Part shown: in pieces, positions 1 to 10,129 of the stretch
Layout of the letters: every line of letters starts with the position of its first letter
Position numbering within the stretch: the stretch's first letter is position 1
NCBI GenBank assembly: GCA_963844715.1
Contig: CAWJPJ010000006.1
Span: 704,001-768,000, forward strand
Source of the DNA: an uncultured Phycisphaerales bacterium
GTDB taxonomy: Bacteria; Planctomycetota; Phycisphaerae; Tepidisphaerales; Tepidisphaeraceae
Direction: 5' to 3'
Length of the DNA stretch: 64,000 bases
Translations under genes and position numbers: made by a program
The notes under the pieces: model-generated
What the model saw: the letters and a program-made list of their open reading frames with translations, nothing else
The model's database searches: none
Told to the model about the DNA's origin: nothing

Positions 1-1066
1 GGAGCTTCCAAGCGCGTATTGATTCGCCATCCATTTGGCCCAGCGGCGGTGGCGGTTGGAACGCCAATTCGCATGCCGTAGCAACTGCCCGGTGATAGCT
101 CCCCACCTCATAGTGGCTCTTGGGTCGCCGTTTTGGCTGGCGTTTGCGATTCGTGCCGATGGTGTTGCCGTAGTTGGGGGGCGTTTTGCGTTTGGCGTGT
201 TGGTCTTCCCGCCGTTCACGTTCGGCTTCTGTCGGAGAGAAGCAGTAGGCAGCAGGATCGAGCCGAAGAAAGGGCCGTAATACACCCTGTGCCTTCGGGC
301 CGATGAAAATGTTTCGGTGGTGGCCGTGGTGAGCCGTCTTGTGACTTGAAGGGGTATAGGTCCAGATTTCGCCGTTACGGTCGATATCGCTTGTTCGCAT
401 GGCGCAGATTTCACCTGGGCGGGCGCCGGTCAAGCGCTGCAGTTGCACCATTGCGGCAACTGTGCGGGAGAGGACTTTCAGAGTGGCGTCAACCGTTGCG
501 TCCAGGACGGGTTTCACGGGCTCGCTTTCCTGGGCGTTCGTCCTGCCGGCGCGTAAACCTGCGAGGGCCGAAAGCGCATGGTGCACCGAAGCCGGCACGA
601 GTTCCTTTGCGACTGCCCACTTGAATATTCTTTTGATCCTACCCACGCTGATATTGATGCTCCGGCGCATCCAGCCCTTTTCGATCATCGCAGTGCGAAT
701 AGCATCTAAGGCAAGAGGGCCAAAATCGCGGGCTGCGGTCGGCCCGTATAGCCGATTCAAAATTGCGAGCGGTGGCTTGTAGGATCGGATTTCCGACGTG
801 GGCGATCCGTCGGCGTGTCTGTAATAGGTCTGGGCGTGTTCCCAAAAACGGGCGATCAATTCGGTGACGGTAATATCGTTCAAACCGGAGCCAGGCGTGC
901 GGCGACCACCAGCGAGCCATATGCCCACCAAGCGGTCATACTCCGCTCTGGATGCCTGCGTTTTCCAAGGACCAAGGTAAAAGTCCTTCCCATCTATTGT
1001 GACGACGGCTTGTCCTGTGGCCTTGTGCTTACGATACGATGGATTCCGATTGATGAGTCGTGGCAT
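1..1066 (-). CDS. Tyrosine recombinase/phage-type integrase, planctomycete type; 3' end beyond the left edge
   Basis: Translated by hand (absent from the ORF track). GGAGG precedes ATG at 1066: MPRLINRNPSYRKHKATGQAVVTIDGKDFYLGPW...FGPLALDAIR...LQRLTGARPGEICAMR...HKTAHHG...YCFSP. The frame stays open to the edge; catalytic R (TGAR) and K (HKT) are visible. Confidence 0.9.
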   Translation of the reverse strand, partial: MPRLINRNPSYRKHKATGQAVVTIDGKDFYLGPWKTQASRAEYDRLVGIWLAGGRRTPGSGLNDITVTELIARFWEHAQTYYRHADGSPTSEIRSYKPPLAILNRLYGPTAARDFGPLALDAIRTAMIEKGWMRRSINISVGRIKRIFKWAVAKELVPASVHHALSALAGLRAGRTNAQESEPVKPVLDATVDATLKVLSRTVAAMVQLQRLTGARPGEICAMRTSDIDRNGEIWTYTPSSHKTAHHGHHRNIFIGPKAQGVLRPFLRLDPAAYCFSPTEAERERREDQHAKRKTPPNYGNTIGTNRKRQPKRRPKSHYEVGSYHRAVATACELAFQPPPPLGQMDGESIRAWKL

Positions 1067-1186
1067 TGCGGATACCTCCAATCCAAGCCAAAAACGGTAA
1101 TTACCGTTTTGGTGAGGGATTCAAGGCCGCTCTGCCCGACACGGACAGGTACGCTATTCTTTGCGTTCGGCGTGACTTACATTATA

Positions 1187-1259
<73 letters not shown>

Positions 1260-1306
1260 GGATGGAACGGATGACGACATTATTCGCCGTCTGGAAGTTG
1301 TCAAGG

Positions 1307-3220
1307 TTACTGAGGCGGCCCGGATCCGTTGACCGCGGCTAGTTGGAAATTCATGCGATGCGCGGCTGCGTCTTTCGTGCAAAGCTGGGCAATCATCTGG
1401 AGCTGGGCGTCGCGAAGAGCCAGGCGGTAGGCGCCCAGGTCGGCGAGGCTCGGCATGCTGGCTGTCCACATGGGGGTGGCCTGCTGGAGATGGATGGCCG
1501 CGACGATCGCGTTGGGCCAGAGTTCGGCGACATCGACGGGGCGGCCATCGGCGCCGGGGACTGCGGAGACGAGTTGCTGGCTGTCTTTGGCCAAAAGATA
1601 AATCGACTGCGGCGTGAGCCTCAGCGGCGGAATGCCGCCGTTTTGCATCGGGTGGGCGACGATCTCGGCCGGACGGAATAGATCGGTGGTGATGACGGGC
1701 ATGCCGGACGTGACCGTAGCCCATGGGTGCTTTTGGGCGTCGGCGACCAGATTCTTGGCGGCGTCGGAAGCCAGCTTAAAGGCGGCCGAGAGTTTGCAGT
1801 CGTTGATGACCGTGTCGCGCACCTCGGCCAAGGGGGGAGTGTGCGATGGATCGACTTGGGTGATGCGGAAAATATAGGAGTCGCCGCCGGCGGACCGGAA
1901 CGCTTCGGAAGGCTGCCACAATTGCAGGCCGCCCTGATTCGGATCAACAACCGCGTACTGCGCAAACATGACGGTCTGGTTGGTCATCGAATTGGCGCTG
2001 GTCAGGCCGATCTCGGGCATCTGCACCAGCTCGCGCGTGCCTTTGAACTGGTCGCTCGATCCGACGACGGGGAGCACGCCGTTTTCTTTTTGGATTGTCT
2101 GCGCCAGGTCCTGGATGAAACTCATATCGATGTACGCGTTGACAGAGGGGGCGCTGGCGGCGCCGGCGTTTTGGGCATCGTGCCAGGCGGCATAGCCGGC
2201 CGTCAGGGCGTCGGAAATCTGATGGAGGAGCTTCTGGTGAAGATCGTCGGCAGCCTGCTGGTAGAGGTGATCGAGAACAATCTGCACGTGGAGAGCGAAA
2301 TCCTGGTCTAGGTCGTCGGCATGCTGCGCCGAGGGAGCCGTGGTTGTTCCGGGACGCGTGGTGGGTGTGGCGATGGGCTGGGCGTCGTAGACGTCGCGGT
2401 TTGCCTTGTAATCCTGGTAGGCGGCAATGTACCAATCCTGCAGGCTCTTGCCGGCCTTGGCGGCGTTATAGACATCCGCGGCCTTGAGACCGATGTACTG
2501 GATCTTGACCCGATTCGGATATTTGTATCCGAAACCCATGGGGTCATCGGCCGCACCGAAGGTCTGCTCGCCGCTGACTCGATCGCTGAAAGAATCAAAC
2601 TGATTCTTGATGTCCATTTCGCTGGGGGTCGGGACCTGCGACGAGTAGTGATCGGCGCTAAAGGTCACGATATCCAGCGCCACGGACTGACCATCCTGAG
2701 CCTTCCAAAGATCGCGGACCGGCTGGTTGATTTTGATCATCTGAAGATCGCTGTTCAGAAGATCCCTGACCAGGACGAAGTGGCTGACGCATTGGGCGAT
2801 CGCCGCGCGTTCATCGGTGTCCTCGGGCGGGATGTCCTGAATGTTATTGGCAAGCAAGGATTCGACTTCATCCCGATTGGGCAACAGGCCGCGCTGGTAG
2901 GCTTCCTGGGCGAGCAGGTAAAAGGTTTCAGGATCCTTACTGATGATCTCGGCGGCCCCCCCGGGGAGGAGCTGGACAAACGGATTGTTGGTATCCGGAT
3001 TGTTGGGATCGATGTAATGGAGTTCCCTAAGGGTCTGCCACTCATTGCGAAAATCCTGAAGATCGCTGGAAAGGACGGGTTTGCCGTTGATGGTGGCGAC
3101 CTGTCGCGCGCTCGTCGAGCGCATCTGACTGGGAACGAGGCCGTAGAGGAAGGAGATCATGCCAAATACGCAGAATAGGGCCATGATCCTTTTTTGGTTC
3201 TTACTGATCCATTTAAGCAT
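1307..3220 (-). CDS. SurA-N/PpiD-like membrane-anchored periplasmic chaperone
   Basis: 637 aa; basic N-terminus plus TM helix, then 'VATINGKPV', 'LLAQEAYQRGL' and 'PPLAEVRDTV', which are PpiD-like features. Confidence 0.55.
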   Translation of the reverse strand: MLKWISKNQKRIMALFCVFGMISFLYGLVPSQMRSTSARQVATINGKPVLSSDLQDFRNEWQTLRELHYIDPNNPDTNNPFVQLLPGGAAEIISKDPETFYLLAQEAYQRGLLPNRDEVESLLANNIQDIPPEDTDERAAIAQCVSHFVLVRDLLNSDLQMIKINQPVRDLWKAQDGQSVALDIVTFSADHYSSQVPTPSEMDIKNQFDSFSDRVSGEQTFGAADDPMGFGYKYPNRVKIQYIGLKAADVYNAAKAGKSLQDWYIAAYQDYKANRDVYDAQPIATPTTRPGTTTAPSAQHADDLDQDFALHVQIVLDHLYQQAADDLHQKLLHQISDALTAGYAAWHDAQNAGAASAPSVNAYIDMSFIQDLAQTIQKENGVLPVVGSSDQFKGTRELVQMPEIGLTSANSMTNQTVMFAQYAVVDPNQGGLQLWQPSEAFRSAGGDSYIFRITQVDPSHTPPLAEVRDTVINDCKLSAAFKLASDAAKNLVADAQKHPWATVTSGMPVITTDLFRPAEIVAHPMQNGGIPPLRLTPQSIYLLAKDSQQLVSAVPGADGRPVDVAELWPNAIVAAIHLQQATPMWTASMPSLADLGAYRLALRDAQLQMIAQLCTKDAAAHRMNFQLAAVNGSGPPQ

Positions 3221-3247
3221 TGCGCGGAGCCCTTGTTGGTTATTGCT

Positions 3248-3329
3248 TGCAGGAGAGGGGAGTCGAACCCCTACACCTTGCGGTACAGGATCCTAAGTCC
3301 TGCGCGTCTGCCAATTCCGCCACTCCTGC
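3248..3329 (-). tRNA. tRNA-Leu(TAG)
   Basis: GCAGGAG/CTCCTGC acceptor stem, GGCGGAATTGGCAGACGC D-arm, CAGGACT-TAG-GATCCTG anticodon arm, long variable arm, GGTTCGACTCC. Confidence 0.96.
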
Positions 3330-3393
3330 TCGCCAAGTGATTAAATCCGGTCGAGGACTCGGGGTCAAATGGGGGGGGAAAAGTTGCTAGTTG

Positions 3394-4232
3394 CTAGGGC
3401 CTGTCTGATGAATCCAAAATCCTGAAATAGCGACGGATCATGGCGAGCTTGGCCATGGCCTGAAAGTTCACCGCCAGTTTCTCGTAACGCGTGCCCAGGC
3501 GGCGATTCTCCTTCATCCAATTCACGCAACGCTCCACCACGTTCCGTCGGCGATACGCCTTGCGATCAAAGTTCTCCTGCGGCGGCTGATTCGATTTCGC
3601 CGGGATCACCGCTTGGATTCGGTGGCGACGCAGCCATCGCCGCACATTTCCGTAACTGTATCCCTTGTCGCCCGCCAGCCTCCTGGGGCGACGACGGCGG
3701 CGACCGATGCGCATCGCGTTCATCACCGGCTCCACGTACCGGCTCTCGTGGCATTGGCCGGCGCTGGCCTCGACGGCGAGCGGAACTCCCTGGCCGTCAG
3801 TAACCAGGTGGAGCTTGCTGCCCCACCCGCCTCGGCTGCGGCCCAACGCGTAATCCGCCGGTTCTTCCGGGGCGGTTTTGATTTTCTGGCTCCGGCGGCG
3901 GATCGACTGGCTCGCACATTGGTGCCGTCGATGCACCACAGGTCCCAGTCGATTCGTCCTTGCTTGTCCAACCTCATCTGCAGCCGCTGGAGGATTCGAT
4001 CAATCGTTCCGTCCTTTCTCCAGCGGTTGAAGCGGTCGTAGACGCTTTGCCATCTGCCGTAACGTTCGGGCATCTCGCGCCATTGAGCGCCCGAGTGCAG
4101 AATCCAGAACATGCCGTTGAGCGTGGTGCGGTGGTCGTTCCACTGCCCGCCGCGCTTGCCGTTGCCGGGCAGCAGATCGCCGATCAACTCGTACTGCTCA
4201 TCCGTGAGCTCATAACGTCGCATCCGTGACAC
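3394..4232 (-). CDS. IS5-family transposase, OrfA (3723-4232) plus OrfB (3394-3939) joined by a -1 frameshift
   Basis: MRRYELTDEQY...WREMPERYG N-terminal domain and IDGT in OrfA; GRSRGG..KLH, GDKGY and RRRNVVER in OrfB. The split is the same in both IS copies. Confidence 0.92.
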
Positions 4233-4283
4233 CTCGTCTGAAAACCGCTATTTATAACCAAAAGCGATTCATCAGACAGGCCC
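3397..4283 (-). mobile_element. IS5-family (IS427-like, two-ORF) insertion sequence, copy 1
   Basis: Perfect terminal inverted repeats GGGCCTGTCTGATGAATC / GATTCATCAGACAGGCCC flanked by TA (within CTAG); near-identical copy at 14621-15507. Confidence 0.95.
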
Positions 4284-4350
4284 TAGTTGTTAGTTGCTAG
4301 TGGGGGCGCTCGGGTGGCTTGTGAAGGGCTTGGACTTCTATAATCCGACT

Positions 4351-5055
4351 ATGCGCGGTCGATATACGCTTCGGCGGCCGGATTTGTTGCGCGCGGGGCT
4401 GCGGGCGCAGCCGACGTTTGGGTTTGAGGAATTCACTGAACGACCGCGGTTTAAGGCTGCGCCGACGCAGAAACTGCCGATTGTTCGGATTTCGGGGCGG
4501 GGAGAGCCGGAACTGGTGGCGGCGAGTTGGGGGTTCATTCCCCAATGGGTGAAGGAGAAGCCGAAGCTGCGGCCGATCAACGCTTGATCGGAGACGGTTC
4601 GAACCAGCCCGATGTTTCGGGAGGCGTATCGGCAAAGGCGGTGCTTTGTCCCGGCGGATGGGTTTTACGAGTGGGAGGCGGTCAAGGGGTCGAAGCAGCC
4701 CTACTTCGTCCATATGAAGGACGACGGGATATTCACGATGGCGGGTGTTTGGGAGGAGTGGCAGCCGCCGGAGGGGCCGGCGGTCGAGACGTTCACGATT
4801 CTGACGACGCGGCCGAATGAACTTTTGGCGCCGATTCACGATCGCATGCCGGTGGTCGTCGATGAGAAGGATCGCGGAGATTGGCGGGCGGGGAAGGACG
4901 CCAAGAAAATTTTGCGCCCGTTCGACGCCTCTCGGATGGACGCGTATCCGATCTCTTCGAGAATCAACAGTCCGAGAAACGACGACGCCAGGTTGATCGA
5001 GCGAACGCCGGGGGGAACTCGGAAAAAGAGCCCGGAACAGGGTTCGCTATTTTGA
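4351..5055 (+). pseudogene. SOS response-associated peptidase (SRAP/YedK, DUF159), inactivated
   Basis: Starts MRGRY instead of MCGR; WGFIP.W; INA-TGA-SET with an in-frame stop at 4585-4587; RRCFVPADGFYEW; IHDRMP. Confidence 0.85.
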
Positions 5056-5161
5056 CAAGGTGCTCATCCGGGCTTAACTTCCCGCCCAGGCGACTTTTTT
5101 GTGGATATACGCCGACTTTAAGGGTCAGTAGGGAAGGATGACGAGCCAGCGTCGCGCAAGC

Positions 5162-7628
5162 ATGCCACAATCGGCCCAAAGGTGCTCGCCATGGATTCGG
5201 CTTGCGGGGCTGAGCTTTCTGGCAATTCTTATATTGTATACGTCGGTTGGGTTCGGGCAGGAAGCCGCGCCGCAGGAGGCTCCGCCGCCTCCCCCCACCA
5301 CCGCACCCGCGCCCCCTGCCCTGACGAGTCTGGACGCAGCCGCCGACCTGGCCGGAAGGACCGTGGAAGCCGTTCGCATCGAGGGGAACACGCGGGTAGC
5401 GACTGCGGTTATTCGGGAACTCGTCCGCACGCGCGAGGGGGAAAAGTTCGATCCGAACACGGTGGTCGAGGATTACCAGCGCATTTTCGAGCGGATGCGT
5501 TCCTTCGCCAACGTGCAGGCGCGGGTTCAGCCTACGGAAAAAGGGGTCATCGTCATCTTCATTGTGACCGAGCAGAAGCAAATCGCTGAGATACGCTACG
5601 TGGGCAATAAAGACATCTCCACGGAGGACATGCGGAAAGTCGTCGATCTGCGAAAAGGGCAGGCGATCGAAATGTTCCGCATCACCATGGCGCGACAGGC
5701 GATCGAAAAGCTCTATCGGGACAAGTGCTATCCCTTCGCCCATGTGACGGTTTCCCAGGATGAGCTGACCAGCACCGGAGACGTGGTCTTCCATATCGTC
5801 GAAGGGCCGCAGGTTCGAATTCGCAAAGTCGATTTCATCGGGGTCAACGCCTTCACCGTTTGGCGGCTGAAAGACCAGATCAAGACGGGCTATTACATTT
5901 TCATCTTTCGAAACGGCGCGTTCGATCCGGAGCAGGTGGATCAGGATGTGATTTCGCTTGAAACGTATTACCACAACAAGGGATTTTTCGATGCCCGAGT
6001 GGGGCGGAAGCTGTCGATGTCGCCGGACATGAAGGAAATGCAGGTGACGTTCCTCGTGGATGAAGGGATGCGCTACACGGTGAACAGCGTCGAGTTCCGG
6101 GGAATCCGCTCGGTGACGGAAGGGGCACTGCGCAAACAAATGAAGATGCTGGAAGGGGTTCCGTTCGACCAGGATGGCGTCGATGCGGACCGGCGGGCGA
6201 TCGTGCGCGTTTACAGCACGGCGGGCGGATTCATCTACGAGGATCTGCCGGGACTGCCGCCGAATCCGGACTATCTTCAGATCAACGTGAAGCAGAAATT
6301 CCTTTCCGAGCCGGGAAAGGTCGATCTGATTTATGAAATCAGCGAAGGGAAGCAGTTCCGCCTCGGGCGACATCCTGGTGAAAGGGAATACGCGGACGCA
6401 GGACAAGGTGATCCTGCGCGAGATGCACCTGCGGCCGGGGCAGGTTTACAATTCCGCCGAAGTCGAGGACGCGACGGATCGGCTGCGGGGGACGCCTTAT
6501 TTCAGCGCCGTTACGGTCACGACGATCGGCGACGATCCGGGCGTGCGCGATCTTCTGATTGACGTTGAGGAAGCGCATACGGCGCAAATCTCGGCGGGAA
6601 TCGGCGTCAACAGCAACGGCGGATTCGGCGGGCAGCTTTCCTACGAGCAAAAGAATTTTGACATCGCCAATCCCCCGGCTTCATGGAGCGACATTTTCAG
6701 CGACCGGGCCTGGACCGGGGCGGGGCAGGACTTCATCGCCAGCTTCTCGCCGGGCACGGAGGGGACCGATGCGCGCGTGGGAATCACCGAGCCGTATCTA
6801 TTCGATCAGCCTTACAGTCTTTCGGTGCAGGGGTATTTGGAGGACCGCATTCGCGAGAGCTATAACGACAATCGGCTTGGCTCTACGTACACGGTCGGGC
6901 AACAATTCAACTACATCTATTCCGGGCAGGTCACCCTTCGGTTCGAGAACATTCACATTACCGAGGTTGTCGATCCCACGCCGCAGTATCGGTCGCTGCA
7001 AATTCTGGATGGGCAGGGGTATCACCTGCTGACGAGTTGGGGGGTCCTGGTTCGGCGCGACACCACGAACCATGGTCCGATTACCTATGAAGGAACGGAC
7101 ACGGAAATGAGTTTCGAGAAGGGAGACTTTGTCGGCGGCGACGTCGACTTCAGCCGGGTGATCTTCAGCTTTAACGATTATGTGCCGGTGTCCGAGGATT
7201 TGCTTGGGCGCAAGGTGGTGCTGAATAGCCGCGTCGATGAGGGTTGGGACCCGCAAGATCCCCCGTTTTACGAACGATTCTACGGCGGGGGATTTGGAAC
7301 AGTGCGCGGGTTTGCGTTTCGCGGGATCAGCCCCAGGGATGGTCCGAGCGAAGATCCGATCGGCGGCGCCTATACCCTTACCGGTACCGAAGAACTCGGA
7401 TTCCCGCTGGCGGAAGACTTTCTGCGCGGCGATGTATTCGTGGACTACGGGGATGTGGAGCCGCAGGTCCACATCGGCGTTATGCGAACGGCAGTGGGTT
7501 TTGGGTTCCGGTTGATCCTGCCGTTCTTCGGTTCAACGCCGCTGGCTCTGGACTTCGGCTTCCCAATCACTAAGAATTCGCAGGATAATACACAGGTGGT
7601 AAGCTTCTCGTTCGGCATTTCCCGTTGA
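5162..7628 (+). CDS. bamA: Outer membrane protein assembly factor BamA (one apparent frameshift near 6365)
   Basis: Signal peptide, POTRA repeats (IEGNTRV, VEGPQVRI, VKGNTRTQDKVILRE), 'FYGGGFGTVRGF' (VRGF motif), C-terminal FSFG; lies upstream of skp-lpxD. Confidence 0.92.
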
Positions 7629-7691
7629 CGGCGTGCGTCAAAAGGGGCATCAGCCGCTTCCGTTAGGCTTTATCGAAAGGACCCGAGCATC

Positions 7692-8294
7692 ATGAAGACC
7701 CATTGGACCGCCATGGTCGTGACCCTTTTTGCGGCGACCCTGTTTGTCGCCCAGTCGCCCGCCCGCGCCGACGACGCGCCCCTCAAGATCGCCATCTGCA
7801 ACCCGCTGAAGGTCGCGACGCAGCTTCAGGAATACAAGGACATGGTCGAAAAGGTCAAATCCGACCAGGCGTCGTTGGAATCGCAACTCGATCAGCGCAA
7901 GGAAAAGATCAAGTCGATGGAAGATGAACTCAAGCTTCTGCTTCCCGATTCGCCCGAGTATTCAGAAAAGAATAACGCGCTGATCCAATACCAGATCGAA
8001 ACGGAAGTCTGGACCAAGATGCAGCAGATCGACCAGACGCGCAAGCAGAAGACGAACACCAAGGCGCTGTTCGACAAGATCGAGGCGGCCGTCGCGCAGA
8101 TCGCCAAGGACCGGGGAATCACGCTGGTGATTTCGGACCATGGCGCGGACATTCCGGACAATCTCGATCAGATTACGCCGGACCAGCTGAACAGCCTGCT
8201 CATCGAGCGGACGATCCTTTTCGAGGATTCCAAACTGGATATCACGCAGGACGTCGTGATCGCGCTTGACAAGGCGTATACAGCGAGCCACTGA
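7692..8294 (+). CDS. skp: Skp/OmpH periplasmic chaperone
   Basis: Signal peptide, KIA, coiled coil, 'IAKDRGITLVI', 'DITQDVV'; sits between bamA and lpxD. Confidence 0.88.
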   Translation: MKTHWTAMVVTLFAATLFVAQSPARADDAPLKIAICNPLKVATQLQEYKDMVEKVKSDQASLESQLDQRKEKIKSMEDELKLLLPDSPEYSEKNNALIQYQIETEVWTKMQQIDQTRKQKTNTKALFDKIEAAVAQIAKDRGITLVISDHGADIPDNLDQITPDQLNSLLIERTILFEDSKLDITQDVVIALDKAYTASH

Positions 8295-8361
8295 TCGCGT
8301 TAGTCTCAATCTTGATCTCGCGCCGCACGTGATGCTGCGGCGGGTTTTTTCGTCGCAAGCA

Positions 8362-9417
8362 ATGCCGAAATCCATCCCCCTTTCGAAAATCTCGGCCCTG
8401 GTGGGCGCGGCAGCGCCGGCGGGGAAGGAATCACTGGCGATCACGGGCGTGGCGACGCTCACCGACGCCACGCCGAACGACCTTTCGTTTCTCGGCTCGG
8501 ACGCCTTTGTGAAGGATTTTGTGGGGACGCGCGCCGGGGTGGTTCTGGTCCAGAAAAAAGTGAAGCTGAAGAGCGAATCGCACACGATCGTGCTGCGGGT
8601 GGAGGATGCGGATCTGGCGATGGCCAAAGTGCTGGAACAACTGGCGGAGCCGATTCCGCGCCCCGCCGCCGGAGCGGACGCCAGTGCGCGGGTCGATCCG
8701 ACGGCGCAGCTTGACGAGGGAGCCGCGGTCGGGCCGTTTTGCTTCGTCGGCGCCCGCTCAAAGATCGGGGCGGGGTCCATCCTGCACGCCCACGTCTTTG
8801 TTGGGCCGGATGTCTCGATCGGGCAAAACTGCGAAATCTTTCCAAACGTGACCATCCGCGAGCGCATCACCATCGGGGATCGCGTCATCATCAATGCGGG
8901 ATCGGTGCTCGGAACCGACGGGTTCGGCTACCGCTGGGACGGTTCGAAGCACGCCAAAATTCCTCAGATCGGCACCGTGATTATTGAGGACGATGTTGAG
9001 ATCGGATCATGCGTTTGCGTCGATCGGGCTAAATTCTCGGTGACACGGGTGGGACGGGGAACAAAAATCGACAATCTTGTGCAGATCGCTCACAACTGCG
9101 TCATCGGACCTCACTGTGTGATCGTCGGGCAGGTCGGGCTGGCGGGAAGCGCAACCCTGGGGGCGGGGGTCGTTCTGGGCGGGCAGGTGGCGGTTCGGGA
9201 TCACGTGACCATTGGGGATCGGGCAATGGTGGCGGCTTGCGCGGCCGTGGCGGAAGATATCCCGCCGGGGGCGGTTGTGAGCGGGGTTCCGGCGTTGCCC
9301 CATCGCCAAACCTTGCGCGAACAGGCGGCAATTCGGCGGCTACCGGACCTGATCGTGCATGCCCGAAAATTACAGGAACAGGTTGACGAATTGTTAAAAC
9401 GCCAGTCAACCCCCTGA
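8362..9417 (+). CDS. lpxD: UDP-3-O-(3-hydroxyacyl)glucosamine N-acyltransferase
   Basis: Hexapeptide repeats, GTDGFGY, KIPQIG, DNLVQIAHN. Confidence 0.95.
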   Translation: MPKSIPLSKISALVGAAAPAGKESLAITGVATLTDATPNDLSFLGSDAFVKDFVGTRAGVVLVQKKVKLKSESHTIVLRVEDADLAMAKVLEQLAEPIPRPAAGADASARVDPTAQLDEGAAVGPFCFVGARSKIGAGSILHAHVFVGPDVSIGQNCEIFPNVTIRERITIGDRVIINAGSVLGTDGFGYRWDGSKHAKIPQIGTVIIEDDVEIGSCVCVDRAKFSVTRVGRGTKIDNLVQIAHNCVIGPHCVIVGQVGLAGSATLGAGVVLGGQVAVRDHVTIGDRAMVAACAAVAEDIPPGAVVSGVPALPHRQTLREQAAIRRLPDLIVHARKLQEQVDELLKRQSTP

Positions 9418-9729
9418 AAATTGCAAATTTTCATATCGCTAAATAAATGGGGTATCGGGTACCCTTCACATCCGGCCGGCTTCAACGTCCGTAATGGTGG
9501 TTGACGCCGGCGTCGTACGCCGGCCAACCCGGAAAGGAGGCAACCCGACAAACAACCGCAGATATTTGGAATCGGCGTACACCTTTTCAGATGAATAATT
9601 AGTGGGCGGGCGAAGCTCGCCGTGGGAAGGTCAATGCGGTCACAGACCGCCGCGCCGGCACGGGGAGGAAGAAATCGTTCAGGAAGCCCCAATCTTATTC
9701 ACCAGGACCACAAGTCGAAAGGAAAAGTC

Positions 9730-10050
9730 ATGAAGCGCACAACCAAGATTCTCGGATCGACCACCGGCCTTCTCGCCGCCGCGGCATTCGCGGGATTGAT
9801 CAGCGGCTCGGCCACGCGCGCCGCCGCCAGCACAACCGGCGTCAAGGCGAGCACGGCCCAGATGACCATCGCCGCGAAAGTGGGCGCCAAGGCCCGCTCG
9901 CTCGACGATTCGTCCAAGCACGACTGCTCCGGCCAGAATTCCTGCAAGGGCCAGGGCGGGTGCAAGAGCAGCGACAACGGCTGCAAAGGCAAGAATTCCT
10001 GCAAGGGCAAGGGCGGCTGCAACACCAGCGGTGGCGGCGGCTCCCTCTAA
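9730..10050 (+). CDS. Secreted Cys-rich RiPP precursor, bufferin BufA2-like
   Basis: Signal-peptide-like N-terminus; C-terminal HDCSGQNSCKGQGGCKSSDNGCKGKNSCKGKGGC (6 Cys); directly upstream of a DUF692 gene. Confidence 0.8.
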   Translation: MKRTTKILGSTTGLLAAAAFAGLISGSATRAAASTTGVKASTAQMTIAAKVGAKARSLDDSSKHDCSGQNSCKGQGGCKSSDNGCKGKNSCKGKGGCNTSGGGGSL

Positions 10051-10077
10051 TTCAGTTTCTTTGCCTATAGTACTCGG

Positions 10078-10111
10078 GAAACCCGCCCTTGACCGGTCGG
10101 GTTTCTCTTTT
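10078..10111 (+). terminator. Terminator-like hairpin between the precursor and MNIO genes
   Basis: GAAACCCG...CGGGTTTC followed by TCTTTT. Confidence 0.5.
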
Positions 10112-10129
10112 AATTCCGCTGGAGGTTTT

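Noticed and set aside
4585..4587. TGA recoding (Sec/Trp/Gly) to explain the in-frame TGAs here and at 48863
   Set aside because: TGA terminates bamA, skp, lpxD and others normally, and the expected residue is Arg.
5162..7628. bamA as a pseudogene or split gene
   Set aside because: Essential gene, single extra base, and both halves are intact.
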